DNA of 47,098 nt from positions 1 through 47,098 of IMG/VR virus record IMGVR_UViG_3300037751_000128; one strand, written 5' to 3'. The notes under the pieces are model-generated. The model did no database searches. It worked only from the letters and a program-made list of their open reading frames with translations, and had not been told where the DNA came from. Below, in pieces: positions 8,189 through 16,382 of the stretch. The position numbers and the translations under genes are program-made. The stretch is from a virus (Duplodnaviria; Caudoviricetes). The number at the start of each line of letters is the position of its first letter. The stretch's first letter is position 1.

Positions 8189-8998
8189 CTATTTGGTAGA
8201 GATCAATTGTTCTGGTCTTAGCATAGAGGCGCGCTTCTCAAACACTAGTTCGCTTATGCCGGAAGGAAGCTCGCTCGTAATCGCATCTTCCAGGGCATGA
8301 ATGTTGGCCTCAAGGTCACTGACGTGGTTCATCATTCGTGCCACCATGAGGGAGCCTCCTTCGGTACGCCCAACTCCCAGCGCCGCCGCGATTTTGTCCG
8401 CATCCCGACACTCGCGCTCTAACAATCCACGCAGCTTATTTGCCTCTGCCTCACTCTCGCGCCACTTTGCTTCCCAATGGAGAGCTTGGCGCGAGAGCGC
8501 TTCGTAACCTGCATCTGTTTGCCGTTCGGTCATGATTTTCGCGGCGGTGAAGCGTTGCAGAGCCTCTTTCAGCGCTTCCGGCGTAGCATAAGGCGCAGCG
8601 GCCTCGTACCAGCGTCTAGCTGCATCATCCGCCGCATCTCCAGTCGAACGTCGTTGCAGCACCTTGATGGCCTCTGGCAATTGATCGTCGGTGAGCACGA
8701 TGTCTGCCTCGACGTTCCCAGGCTTCCGCACGATCAGCGTGAGCCGGCAATCCGGCGTGACCAGCTTTTTGATGTGGCTCATGAGTTCGTCGGCTTGCTC
8801 GTGAAACATGGCGGCCATCATCTTCTGCTGGTGGTTCATCATTTCTCCCCGATCCAGAACAGCGGCCGCCACCGAGGTTAGCTTCTCGTCGGCCAAGACG
8901 ATAAAGCGCTCTAGGATGCTCTCCAGCAAAACCCGCTGCAACTCCTCTCCGCTGCAGTAGGCATCGGCAAGGTCACGCAGCTTGTCGAGATCAGCCAT
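8189..8998 (-). CDS. Mosaic hypothetical early protein (Ea22/ead-like position)
   Basis: GGAGA RBS, coiled-coil content, an internal RBS and an internal cassette-boundary motif. Confidence 0.6.
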   Translation of the reverse strand: MADLDKLRDLADAYCSGEELQRVLLESILERFIVLADEKLTSVAAAVLDRGEMMNHQQKMMAAMFHEQADELMSHIKKLVTPDCRLTLIVRKPGNVEADIVLTDDQLPEAIKVLQRRSTGDAADDAARRWYEAAAPYATPEALKEALQRFTAAKIMTERQTDAGYEALSRQALHWEAKWRESEAEANKLRGLLERECRDADKIAAALGVGRTEGGSLMVARMMNHVSDLEANIHALEDAITSELPSGISELVFEKRASMLRPEQLISTK

Positions 8999-9221
8999 TG
9001 TTCACATCTCCATACTGGCGTTCTGGCTTCCTGCCGATACATTTGAGGGCAACCGTGAAATAACCATCTTTGTCCATTGGAAACACCTGGATCTGGAGGG
9101 GGCCAGATACCAGAACTTTTCCGCCGAGATGGGCAATGTACGCGGCGACAACCCTGTGAACGCTGCGCACCAGTGCCTCTGTTTTCATCGCCTTCTTTTG
9201 TGCTGCTGTCGTTTTTCTCAT
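8991..9221 (-). CDS. Hypothetical protein
   Basis: Start MRKTT overlaps the upstream stop; RBS present. Confidence 0.55.
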   Translation of the reverse strand: MRKTTAAQKKAMKTEALVRSVHRVVAAYIAHLGGKVLVSGPLQIQVFPMDKDGYFTVALKCIGRKPERQYGDVNNG

Positions 9222-9562
9222 TTGCCTCGGCTCCCTGCGGCGGTGGGCTGATTGTCCTGCTTCTCTGCCTGCTGAATGTACCGCAGCGCGGTCTGGTGGC
9301 GCGTTTCTTCTGGGTGCTTTTTGGATACCGCGTAGAGTAATTCCCAATAGAGCGCCCGGAGTTCGTCCCGCGACGGCGCACCTTCCGGGTGAGGCGTTCT
9401 TCGCTCGTAGAGCGGGATGATCGTTGTGTCCTTGCCGTTGATGCGCCATTCGTGGGCATCCTGCTCGGCGTCGGCGAGGCGAATCCAGACCGTAGAAGCG
9501 AGGAAGCCACCCTCACCGGACGCTAGAACCTGATAGGCGTTCGGCAGATCGTCGTCAGTCAT
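9218..9562 (-). CDS. Hypothetical protein
   Basis: GGAGA RBS; translational coupling on both sides. Confidence 0.6.
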   Translation of the reverse strand: MTDDDLPNAYQVLASGEGGFLASTVWIRLADAEQDAHEWRINGKDTTIIPLYERRTPHPEGAPSRDELRALYWELLYAVSKKHPEETRHQTALRYIQQAEKQDNQPTAAGSRGK

Positions 9563-9839
9563 TGTTCACATCTCCAGTGGAGCGTAGTTGGCGAATGCGC
9601 TCGGCTTCCTCGGCAACATACTCCCAGCCTTTCGGGAAGCGCATTGCCGATACGGCCTCGATGAACGTGCGCGCGTCCAATGGCGGCGCAGCCGAGACAT
9701 CGTTCGACAGCCGCACTACCTCGCCCGCCAATAAGGTGATGACTTCGCTTAGATCGCCCTCGACTGGGGGCGGAGCGCCAGTGGCGCAATGCTTCGCAAG
9801 CTCTAAGACAGCCTGCGCTGTGTAGCGGTTCTCAGTCAC
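9555..9839 (-). CDS. Hypothetical protein
   Basis: GGGAG RBS, GTG start, coupled to neighbours. Confidence 0.55.
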   Translation of the reverse strand: MTENRYTAQAVLELAKHCATGAPPPVEGDLSEVITLLAGEVVRLSNDVSAAPPLDARTFIEAVSAMRFPKGWEYVAEEAERIRQLRSTGDVNND

Positions 9840-10146
9840 GTTTGCTCCCTATGTCGGTTAGACGACGCACGCATTTTGAGCAACGCGCTCGGTAGATCGC
9901 ACCGGAGGACGCTAAAACGGTATGCCCGCACGACAGCGCTACCTTCTGCTTGTCGAACAGCCCGTACGCTGGGCGTGTTACGTCCACGATCTCCCGCAGT
10001 GGGCCTTTAGATTGCTTCCTCATGCACAAAGGACCTCGCGCGTTACAACTGGCGGCACGACCAGCGGGACGGCATTGCTCATCCCCCGATATTTTTGCAG
10101 CCGCACCCTCGGGGCTAGCGGGGGCCTGCTGGCGTGCCATAGTCAT
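9832..10146 (-). CDS. Hypothetical Cys-containing protein
   Basis: ATGA coupling at 10143-10146; LSCGH...CSKC motif. Confidence 0.5.
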   Translation of the reverse strand: MTMARQQAPASPEGAAAKISGDEQCRPAGRAASCNARGPLCMRKQSKGPLREIVDVTRPAYGLFDKQKVALSCGHTVLASSGAIYRARCSKCVRRLTDIGSKRD

Positions 10147-11222
10147 TTTCGATTCACCACTACGTATTGCGACTGAAGTTCGCGAATGGCAGCCACGGCA
10201 TCGTCCAGGGCTTCGATCCGCTCGGCATGGCGGTGGTGGATCTCCCATACGTTCGTGCTCGGGTCGTAGCTGCCGTGCTCGTGCATGTAGTCATGGCCGA
10301 TCTTCTCGACCTTGTGAGCGGCCGCCTCCAGCACGTCGATTGGTCGTATTGCGGATTGCGCTTTCATAGGAGCAGCGCCAGCAGGCGAGGACGGGGCCCC
10401 GCCTCCAGCTACGGACTCATCGCTGTTTGCCTGCGGCGCCGCGTGCGATTCGACAGTCGGAAGTGGTGCTTGATGCGGGCAGGCTTCACCGCTATCGCAA
10501 TTGCGCGCGGCCTCGGGGAGCGCGCCACGGCAGGTGCCGCAGATGTCCGGTAACCTCTCTCCCCTTGCGGATTGCAGCTTTTCCAGCTCTGCGTTCAGCC
10601 GCTCGATCTCGGCGTCGTCCTTCGCGATGTGGTCGAGCGCTACGGATAGGTCGCGCTCAAGCTGTCCGGCTAGGTCGCGCCACCGTTGGAAGTATCCTGG
10701 TCCGAACACGGCCCACGGCTCCCTGCTGTTGGCAAGCGCATCCGTCTGCGGCGTCTGACGTTCGTCCTTATCGTGGAGGCGTCGATGCGGGCAGGCTTCA
10801 CCGCTATCGCAATTGCGCGCGGCCTCGGGGAGCGCGCCACGGCAGGTGCCGCAGAGCTCTGGTTTCTCCGAGTGTGGCATCTGTAGGGCAGCCGCCGCTC
10901 TGCGAAGCATTATTCTCCATAGTGCCGATGCCTCTCCTTCGACCTTGAACCCCTCGGTTGGGTGGTCGGCAACGTATTCGCAAGACGCCGCAAGTTTCGC
11001 TACGTGCTCCAATTGGACGGTCTTCGTTACCGGATTTAGTTTAGCTATGAAATCTGGTGAGTTATCGCAGCACCCCTCTGGGGACTGATGCCAGTCAGCG
11101 CGCGACCAAGTGCCGTCGCTCCACTGCCGCCAATACGTTCCGCAGGTTCGGCATTCTTGGATGCTCAATGTACGACTTGTGGTGGGTTGCTCGTCCACTA
11201 GAACCCCCTCGTCATGAAGCAT
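10143..11222 (-). CDS. Mosaic hypothetical protein with duplicated Cys-rich module
   Basis: 359-aa ORF; CGTCRGALPEAARNCDSGEACPH occurs twice. Confidence 0.6.
   Translation of the reverse strand: MLHDEGVLVDEQPTTSRTLSIQECRTCGTYWRQWSDGTWSRADWHQSPEGCCDNSPDFIAKLNPVTKTVQLEHVAKLAASCEYVADHPTEGFKVEGEASALWRIMLRRAAAALQMPHSEKPELCGTCRGALPEAARNCDSGEACPHRRLHDKDERQTPQTDALANSREPWAVFGPGYFQRWRDLAGQLERDLSVALDHIAKDDAEIERLNAELEKLQSARGERLPDICGTCRGALPEAARNCDSGEACPHQAPLPTVESHAAPQANSDESVAGGGAPSSPAGAAPMKAQSAIRPIDVLEAAAHKVEKIGHDYMHEHGSYDPSTNVWEIHHRHAERIEALDDAVAAIRELQSQYVVVNRK
10472..10855. repeat. 72-bp exact direct repeat (10472-10543 and 10784-10855)
   Basis: Read directly from the sequence. Confidence 0.95.
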
Positions 11223-11385
11223 ATCCAGCTTTTTGAGCAGATCAGCGATCTGGCCTATGTCTATGGCCTCGCCCTTGCGTCCAGCTTCCGCCGCGCTTAC
11301 CCCACGTCACGTTTTTGATCGCGCTTTCATCTGTCCTCCAGCTCCATTGCCTCTCGGACGCACGCTTGGGCCAGTTCATCAGTGT

Positions 11386-11568
11386 TCATGGGACATACTC
11401 CGGGCCGCCATCGGACAGCAGCAGCCGATCCTCTGGTGGTAGTTCCAACATCAGATTGTTGATAGCCCGCTTGATGTCCCTGACGAGAGTCAGTTTCGTC
11501 GGAGAGTACGGCAGTTCGTTGGCGAACAGCAGGCGAGCTTGAAGGTTGGCTATTATGGTGTCGTTCAT
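11386..11568 (-). CDS. Hypothetical protein
   Basis: Track ORF in the leftward operon. Confidence 0.5.
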   Translation of the reverse strand: MNDTIIANLQARLLFANELPYSPTKLTLVRDIKRAINNLMLELPPEDRLLLSDGGPEYVP

Positions 11569-11578
11569 CGTGTGTCTC

Positions 11579-11809
11579 TCATGCCGTCCTCAGAGTGTAG
11601 GAGCGATCAACCCCGTAACCGAGGTCAGTAATGCGCGCCTTGGCGAAGTCCTTGCCGGTGAACACACGGCCGTTGAACAGCACGCCGCCGGGCTTGCGGG
11701 CGTATTCCTTGATCTCGCGGACGATGTAGCCGGCGTCAGTCTTATAGATATTCCCGATGGTCGATTCGTCGGCCCTGACCAGCCTACCGCAGAATTTTTC
11801 GTTTCCCAT
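11579..11809 (-). CDS. Hypothetical protein
   Basis: Track ORF starting directly after an upstream small-gene stop. Confidence 0.5.
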   Translation of the reverse strand: MGNEKFCGRLVRADESTIGNIYKTDAGYIVREIKEYARKPGGVLFNGRVFTGKDFAKARITDLGYGVDRSYTLRTA

Positions 11810-11941
11810 TTAACTGGCTGTCAAGGGTTCTTTTGTGGCGTACCAATTCCAAGGGCGAACGAGTGGGATATATCGAGCTTTCCCACGCCACAGGTAGACG
11901 CCCCACCAGCGCCCGAAGACGAAAGAGTCGCCTATATACAT
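11810..11941 (-). CDS. Hypothetical Trp-rich peptide (43 aa)
   Basis: TGATG coupling to the upstream gene; below cutoff. Confidence 0.4.
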   Translation of the reverse strand: MYIGDSFVFGRWWGVYLWRGKARYIPLVRPWNWYATKEPLTAS

Positions 11942-12114
11942 CACGGCTTGCAACGTGCCTCCAAGAACCGCTCGAACACGGACGCTGTCTTAGCCACGTC
12001 ATGCGGCGTGTACTGTTTGTGGTCCTTAGAGGGCCATCCTGCCGCAGCCTTTGCATAAGCAGAGGCATGGAACTGAAGGGCTTGCAGAAGTGCTTCCCGT
12101 TTTGCGTCCGTCAT
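11941..12114 (-). CDS. Hypothetical protein (57 aa)
   Basis: AGGAG RBS; MTDAKREALLQALQF...; below cutoff. Confidence 0.5.
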   Translation of the reverse strand: MTDAKREALLQALQFHASAYAKAAAGWPSKDHKQYTPHDVAKTASVFERFLEARCKP

Positions 12115-12122
12115 GATTTCTC

Positions 12123-12344
12123 CTATGGAACCTTTGTAGTATTGGCGTGTGCGCTAATGCGCTCGAGTCGCGGGTCGCCGGCCTGCAGAAACAGGTTCTT
12201 GCGCCCGACCTTGACGGTGATCCTGTGCCCGGTCATGGAGAGCATCACGCCGCTCTTGCCGTCCAGCGTTATCGGCGTGCCCTCGGGGATGGCTTTGACG
12301 CGCTCGTAAGGATGGCGCTGGGCGAGCTTGAGGTTCGGCTTCAT
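12123..12344 (-). CDS. Hypothetical protein
   Basis: ATGA coupling with the upstream gene. Confidence 0.5.
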   Translation of the reverse strand: MKPNLKLAQRHPYERVKAIPEGTPITLDGKSGVMLSMTGHRITVKVGRKNLFLQAGDPRLERISAHANTTKVP

Positions 12345-12679
12345 GCTGCCCACTTGAGCCTTCCTTCCCAGATAGCCCGCAGCATGTAGATAGCCGCCCG
12401 CTGCATCCGGTAGTCTTCATCCGTGTAGCCATTGCGCTCGTATTCAGCATGGCAAGCGGGGCACTCCGGTAATGCCAAGGGGTCGGGTCCCTTGTTCTTC
12501 TGGGATTTGTAGAAGTTGGGATGCGAGGCTTGGCTGGGAGCGGGTCTTTTGCAGTGGTCGCAAGGTAATGTCCTGATCCACTCCAAATACCTCGGCATGC
12601 GGATCTCCCCGGTATAGCCGAAGCGCAATGCCTGATCGAAGGGCATCGTGGGCGGGATGATTTTGGGAGATGCGCTCAT
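12341..12679 (-). CDS. DUF968-like Zn-finger/HNH-related protein
   Basis: YLEWIRTLPCDHC...H...LPECPACHAEYE. Confidence 0.6.
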   Translation of the reverse strand: MSASPKIIPPTMPFDQALRFGYTGEIRMPRYLEWIRTLPCDHCKRPAPSQASHPNFYKSQKNKGPDPLALPECPACHAEYERNGYTDEDYRMQRAAIYMLRAIWEGRLKWAA

Positions 12680-12897
12680 CAGAACGGGGTCGGCTCTTCT
12701 TTCTTGCCCTGCGCAGGCTTGACCGAAAGGCTCATGAACTTCGTGCCCTTCTTGGAGTCCCTGATCCAGCCTGCAATGTAGTAATCCTTACCGTCTACAT
12801 TCAGTTTTCCGGTGTAGTCTGGGTGCTTGTCGGATTCCTTATTCAGCTCACGGAACAGCACACCCCTATTTGTGTCATCGAAATCGGGCTTAGGCAT
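12679..12897 (-). CDS. Small ssDNA-binding-like protein
   Basis: RGVLF...KHPDYTG...GW...FMSLSV with C-terminal PF; adjacent to the recombinase. Confidence 0.6.
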   Translation of the reverse strand: MPKPDFDDTNRGVLFRELNKESDKHPDYTGKLNVDGKDYYIAGWIRDSKKGTKFMSLSVKPAQGKKEEPTPF

Positions 12898-13576
12898 TTG
12901 CTACAGGCTCCTTGTTCGCGTCCTTCATCTTCTTAAGCTGGTTCCTGATCTTGGAGTGGGGTCTCAGGATCTCCCATATTCCAAGCATCATCTCGTTGGA
13001 GAGGTTGCCTTCGTAGAACAACTCATAAGCTGCTAGCTCTTTCCCCTCGTCCCAGCAGTCCACGATGCCGCTGGCGATTTGCTTGGCCCTGACCTGTTCG
13101 TCGGGTTCCAATGCGTCTAAACACCCGTCGCTGGCAGAGCGCCCAGCCTTCGCTGTGGTGGCCTTGGCGACGTTCCCTTCAGCGGCATTACCATCGTCAT
13201 CGTCCTCGGTCACGAGCCCCAGGAGCGCCGTCAGGGCGTATCTGCGGGCATATGTGATAGCTGACCCAAGGGCCTGCGGGCCGGAGTCCACGGCCCGGAT
13301 AGGCATGGCGTCGGTGGCCAGCCACTCCCCCGAGGTATGTAGCAGGGTGGTGGTCAGGGACTCGCCGTTGAGGGACTGCATGAAAGCCAACCCGTTAGCC
13401 TTCAAGGCGGGGCGGATCTTCTCCATGATCGTGTCCAGGGGGGCGTAGGCGAAGGTGTAAGTCCCGCCAGACTTGGTCTTGACCTGCACGGTCTTGTCCC
13501 TCGGGATGGATGGGAACTCAGCCTGAGCCTTCGCCAGCGCAGCCGCTAAACTCTTGATGCTTTCCGACCTGTTCAT
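12890..13576 (-). CDS. erf: ERF-family single-strand annealing recombinase
   Basis: LAAALAKAQ N-terminus and GSAITYARRYAL signature followed by an acidic DDDDGN tract. Confidence 0.9.
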   Translation of the reverse strand: MNRSESIKSLAAALAKAQAEFPSIPRDKTVQVKTKSGGTYTFAYAPLDTIMEKIRPALKANGLAFMQSLNGESLTTTLLHTSGEWLATDAMPIRAVDSGPQALGSAITYARRYALTALLGLVTEDDDDGNAAEGNVAKATTAKAGRSASDGCLDALEPDEQVRAKQIASGIVDCWDEGKELAAYELFYEGNLSNEMMLGIWEILRPHSKIRNQLKKMKDANKEPVANA

Positions 13577-13610
13577 CTGACTCCCTTCATTATCGTTTTT
13601 TACAGGTTAT

Positions 13611-14123
13611 CTACGCAGCCTCTTTGGCTCGCGCCTTTGCGGACTGGATGCGCTCCAGGTTGGTCAGGTAGTAGAGGCATGCCTCGATCTCATCGTCAGT
13701 GAGCTTCCCTTCGCGCTTTCGCGCCTCGCCCGTCAGGCCGATTTCGAAGATCATGGAGCCGTGCTTTGGGCCGTAGGCATAGCGATGGCTCTGCCACTGC
13801 CCGTGCCAGTGCGCGTAGTCCTTGGTCCCCTGGTACTCATCCTTCAGAGTCCCGCCACCAGCGAGCAGTGCCGCCTTGGCGTTGCTCATCGCGGTGCCGC
13901 GCTCGGCACCAGCGCTCGCATACGCCCCCCTGACGTAAATGACGTGCTCTGCGTGCAGGATCTTGTCCTCGTCCAGATCGCCAGAGGCAAGCTGGATGCG
14001 CTCCTCGGCGAGCCGGAATTCATCCTTGAACCCTTGCATAGCCTTCTCATGGCGCTCCTTTTCCAGCTTCATCTCGTTGCGCAGCGCGGCCTTCCTGTGC
14101 TCCATCTCGGTGATGACGTTCAC
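13611..14123 (-). CDS. Hypothetical protein
   Basis: AGGAG RBS, GTG start, 170 aa. Confidence 0.65.
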   Translation of the reverse strand: MNVITEMEHRKAALRNEMKLEKERHEKAMQGFKDEFRLAEERIQLASGDLDEDKILHAEHVIYVRGAYASAGAERGTAMSNAKAALLAGGGTLKDEYQGTKDYAHWHGQWQSHRYAYGPKHGSMIFEIGLTGEARKREGKLTDDEIEACLYYLTNLERIQSAKARAKEAA

Positions 14124-14168
14124 GGGTTTTCTCCTATGACATTCGTATTGGCGTGTGCGCTTCTCAAT

Positions 14169-14450
14169 TCATTCCGGTTGGTAAGGGTCCGGTTCATAGG
14201 GAATCTTGTCGTCCGCCTCGTCCAAGGCTTCTCTCAGCCTCTTGAACGCATGCGCAAGGTCGGGGTCTAAATCTCCAATCCTTCCCTCTAGACCGCATTG
14301 CATGGCGTCCAAGAGTTCCATGGCCTCACAGTAGTCGGCGGCGAACAGTGCCAGCTCGTTCTCCAGCATCTGCTGCCTAGCAAAGCGGTGGGGCTTCACC
14401 GGAGTTTCCAGAGGCGCGAGGATGGCTTTAAACAACGGATGCAGGCTCAT
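14169..14450 (-). CDS. Hypothetical protein
   Basis: Start MSLHPL, ATGA-coupled. Confidence 0.55.
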   Translation of the reverse strand: MSLHPLFKAILAPLETPVKPHRFARQQMLENELALFAADYCEAMELLDAMQCGLEGRIGDLDPDLAHAFKRLREALDEADDKIPYEPDPYQPE

Positions 14451-14746
14451 CGCTTCTCCGCAATCGGCAGTGACATGATCCAAGGGGGAGGCTCTTGCGC
14501 CCACAGAGCGCAATGCTCGTTAGCTTTTCTCAGCCATCTTTCTGTAGCTCCGTACTGGGCGATGGTGACTTCGCAGGGGTGAGCCGGGGGCATTACCTGG
14601 GCGGTGATCTCGGCGGATTCCAGGTCGTTCCGTAGAGGGCCCGCAAGCAGCAGGGCAAGGGCAATTGCCATGTAGACGTATTCCCGCTTGCGGAAGTGGC
14701 GGGGAGTTGAGTTCTCCGCGCCGACTAGCCAGTCGTGTTCGCGCAT
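14447..14746 (-). CDS. Hypothetical membrane protein
   Basis: GGGAGG RBS; TM YVYMAIALALLLAGPL. Confidence 0.55.
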   Translation of the reverse strand: MREHDWLVGAENSTPRHFRKREYVYMAIALALLLAGPLRNDLESAEITAQVMPPAHPCEVTIAQYGATERWLRKANEHCALWAQEPPPWIMSLPIAEKR

Positions 14747-14909
14747 TACGCAGCCTCCCCGAGTTTGCTTTGTAGGTCGCGACCTTCCGCGCGGAGCCGG
14801 TCGCAAGCGACGCGGTCACCATGCCGATGCGCCATTACGCAACCGCGATTCGGTATCCAGGCGCGCACAAGGGGGCGCCCGCAGTACCGGCAGCGGGCGT
14901 TTGTCAGTT

Positions 14910-15176
14910 TCATGCGTACTCCCCGAGTTCACGCAAGATGGCGCGGGCTGATTCCGCCTTATCGGTAATGAGGTCGCCGTGCTTAAGCCCAGTGTCCTCT
15001 ACGAACTGATCGCTCGCATCTATGAATTCCGCAAGCGCCTCGACTAGCTTCGGGTAGGCGTTCGCGGCGTGTCTGGCATATATCGCGTCTTGGCCTCCGC
15101 GCATCAGTCGCGTACCACCGGTCTTGTCGTCATTCGTCCACGGCAGCGGCGTTACAGGCTTGTACTTAGGTTCCAT
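14910..15176 (-). CDS. First gene of the pL operon, hypothetical
   Basis: GGGAGG RBS, just downstream of the predicted pL. Confidence 0.55.
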   Translation of the reverse strand: MEPKYKPVTPLPWTNDDKTGGTRLMRGGQDAIYARHAANAYPKLVEALAEFIDASDQFVEDTGLKHGDLITDKAESARAILRELGEYA

Positions 15177-15223
15177 CTGCCCGCCCTCCCTATTCAGGCC
15201 CCGTACAGCAGGGGATGACGACA

Positions 15224-15267
15224 ACTGTACACCTATCGTGTTCGAAATGCAAGCACGACTCGTGTAC
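15224..15267 (-). promoter_or_regulatory. pL promoter with two operators (15227-15243, 15251-15267)
   Basis: TTGCAT-17-TACAGT on the minus strand overlapping two copies of consensus GTACACG-N3-CGTGTAC. Confidence 0.7.
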
Positions 15268-15327
15268 GTAGGGGGCGAAACGGGACAGGCGGGTAAGACC
15301 CGCTGTCAGGAAACCTTGATCGTGGAC

Positions 15328-15714
15328 CTAGCCCCTGACCTTCTTTAACACCTTGGGGCGCCCCTGAATGGGCTCATCTGGTACGGGCTGACGGTAGGCA
15401 AGAGCCAATACTTCGATCCGGCGGAAGTAGTCCATGCGGTCGTTCTCGGGGAGGGCCTGCCAGTTCCTCATCAGCTCGATAGCCTGGGCCGTAAAGACCG
15501 ACTGCAGGCACATAAGCCAAGCTGCGTCTACCCCTAAAACCTTAGCCAGCACGTTAGCCTCTTGTGGGCCCGGCATTCTTAGTCCCTGTTCGTAGTTGCT
15601 GATGCGGGACTTCGACAGCTTTCCGTCTGTAGCCTTGGCAAGGGCCTCCAGGCTCAATTGATGCTGTTTACGCATCAGCCTGATACGCCTGCCTATCTCA
15701 TTCTTGTAGTTCAT
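15328..15714 (-). CDS. cI: CI-like XRE-family HTH repressor
   Basis: IGRRIRLMRKQHQLSLEALA...ISNYEQGLRMP HTH; divergent from cro; no S24 autopeptidase domain evident. Confidence 0.85.
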   Translation of the reverse strand: MNYKNEIGRRIRLMRKQHQLSLEALAKATDGKLSKSRISNYEQGLRMPGPQEANVLAKVLGVDAAWLMCLQSVFTAQAIELMRNWQALPENDRMDYFRRIEVLALAYRQPVPDEPIQGRPKVLKKVRG

Positions 15715-15748
15715 GTGGAGACAGTAGGTCAAGGCCGGAGTTCCGTCC

Positions 15749-15802
15749 GCAAACTTGTCGTGTACGTACCCCCTTGCGGGACGTAAACGTATCGTGTATA
15801 TA
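15749..15802 (+). promoter_or_regulatory. pR promoter with two operators (15749-15765, 15783-15799)
   Basis: TTGCGG-17-TATATA; same 17-bp imperfect palindromes as at pL. Confidence 0.7.
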
Positions 15803-15808
15803 TCTGGA

Positions 15809-16015
15809 ATGCGGCTGCAGGAATACATTCGGATGGTTGGACCGAGCGGGTTCGCAAAGGCTATCGAAGAGAACGAGCGGACGGTTAAATCGTGGCTATA
15901 CGGGGCCAGATTACCCAAGACATCGGCTGCCAGAAAGATTGTTGAGCGGACCCCCGTAACCATGGACGGCATCTACGGGGTGCCGGAGCCCAAGCGCAAC
16001 GGTCGCCGCCGATGA
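15809..16015 (+). CDS. cro: Cro-like HTH protein (probably leaderless)
   Basis: MRLQEYI...FAKAI...TVKSWLYGARLP; 68 aa; divergent from the repressor. Confidence 0.8.
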   Translation: MRLQEYIRMVGPSGFAKAIEENERTVKSWLYGARLPKTSAARKIVERTPVTMDGIYGVPEPKRNGRRR

Positions 16016-16023
16016 CCCAATAC

Positions 16024-16101
16024 CCGCGTACGTTTCTACCCTCCTCCCATGTACGTACGCGGTTTTGCCCCGGGCGTGTTTACCTCCGCCCTGGGGTTTT
16101 T
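16024..16101 (+). ncRNA. Two-hairpin RNA with anti-SD loops ending in an intrinsic terminator (tR1-like)
   Basis: CCGCGTACGT/ACGTACGCGG stem with CCTCCTCCC loop; CCCCGGGCG/CGCCCTGGGG stem followed by T5. Confidence 0.55.
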
Positions 16102-16112
16102 CTTCCCAGACC

Positions 16113-16313
16113 ATGCGCGAGAAACGCACGGCACAAGTGAAGGCGCATATCACCCCGACCATGCGAGAGCAGCTAGAGCTGTTCGTCGCAGAGCAGGGGA
16201 TCGTGATCTCCATGTCCGATTACCTGTTCGGGGTGATCGAGGAGCACATGAAACTACGTGAGGTCATGCGCATATCTCACCAAAGAATCGGGAGGCGTTT
16301 TGGGAATCAGTAA
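16113..16313 (+). CDS. Ribbon-helix-helix regulator in the cII position
   Basis: Alternating VKAHIT strand then helices SMSDYLFGVIEEH. Confidence 0.55.
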   Translation: MREKRTAQVKAHITPTMREQLELFVAEQGIVISMSDYLFGVIEEHMKLREVMRISHQRIGRRFGNQ

Positions 16314-16382
16314 GCCCGAACTGGCCCACAACTTTTTTTTAAGCCTCCGGTGGCCCACTTCGGCCCGGATTTCGCAGCCGTC

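Noticed and set aside
15715-15972. 214-aa version of the repressor
   Set aside because: The extension overlaps the operators and cro; the HTH begins at 15714.
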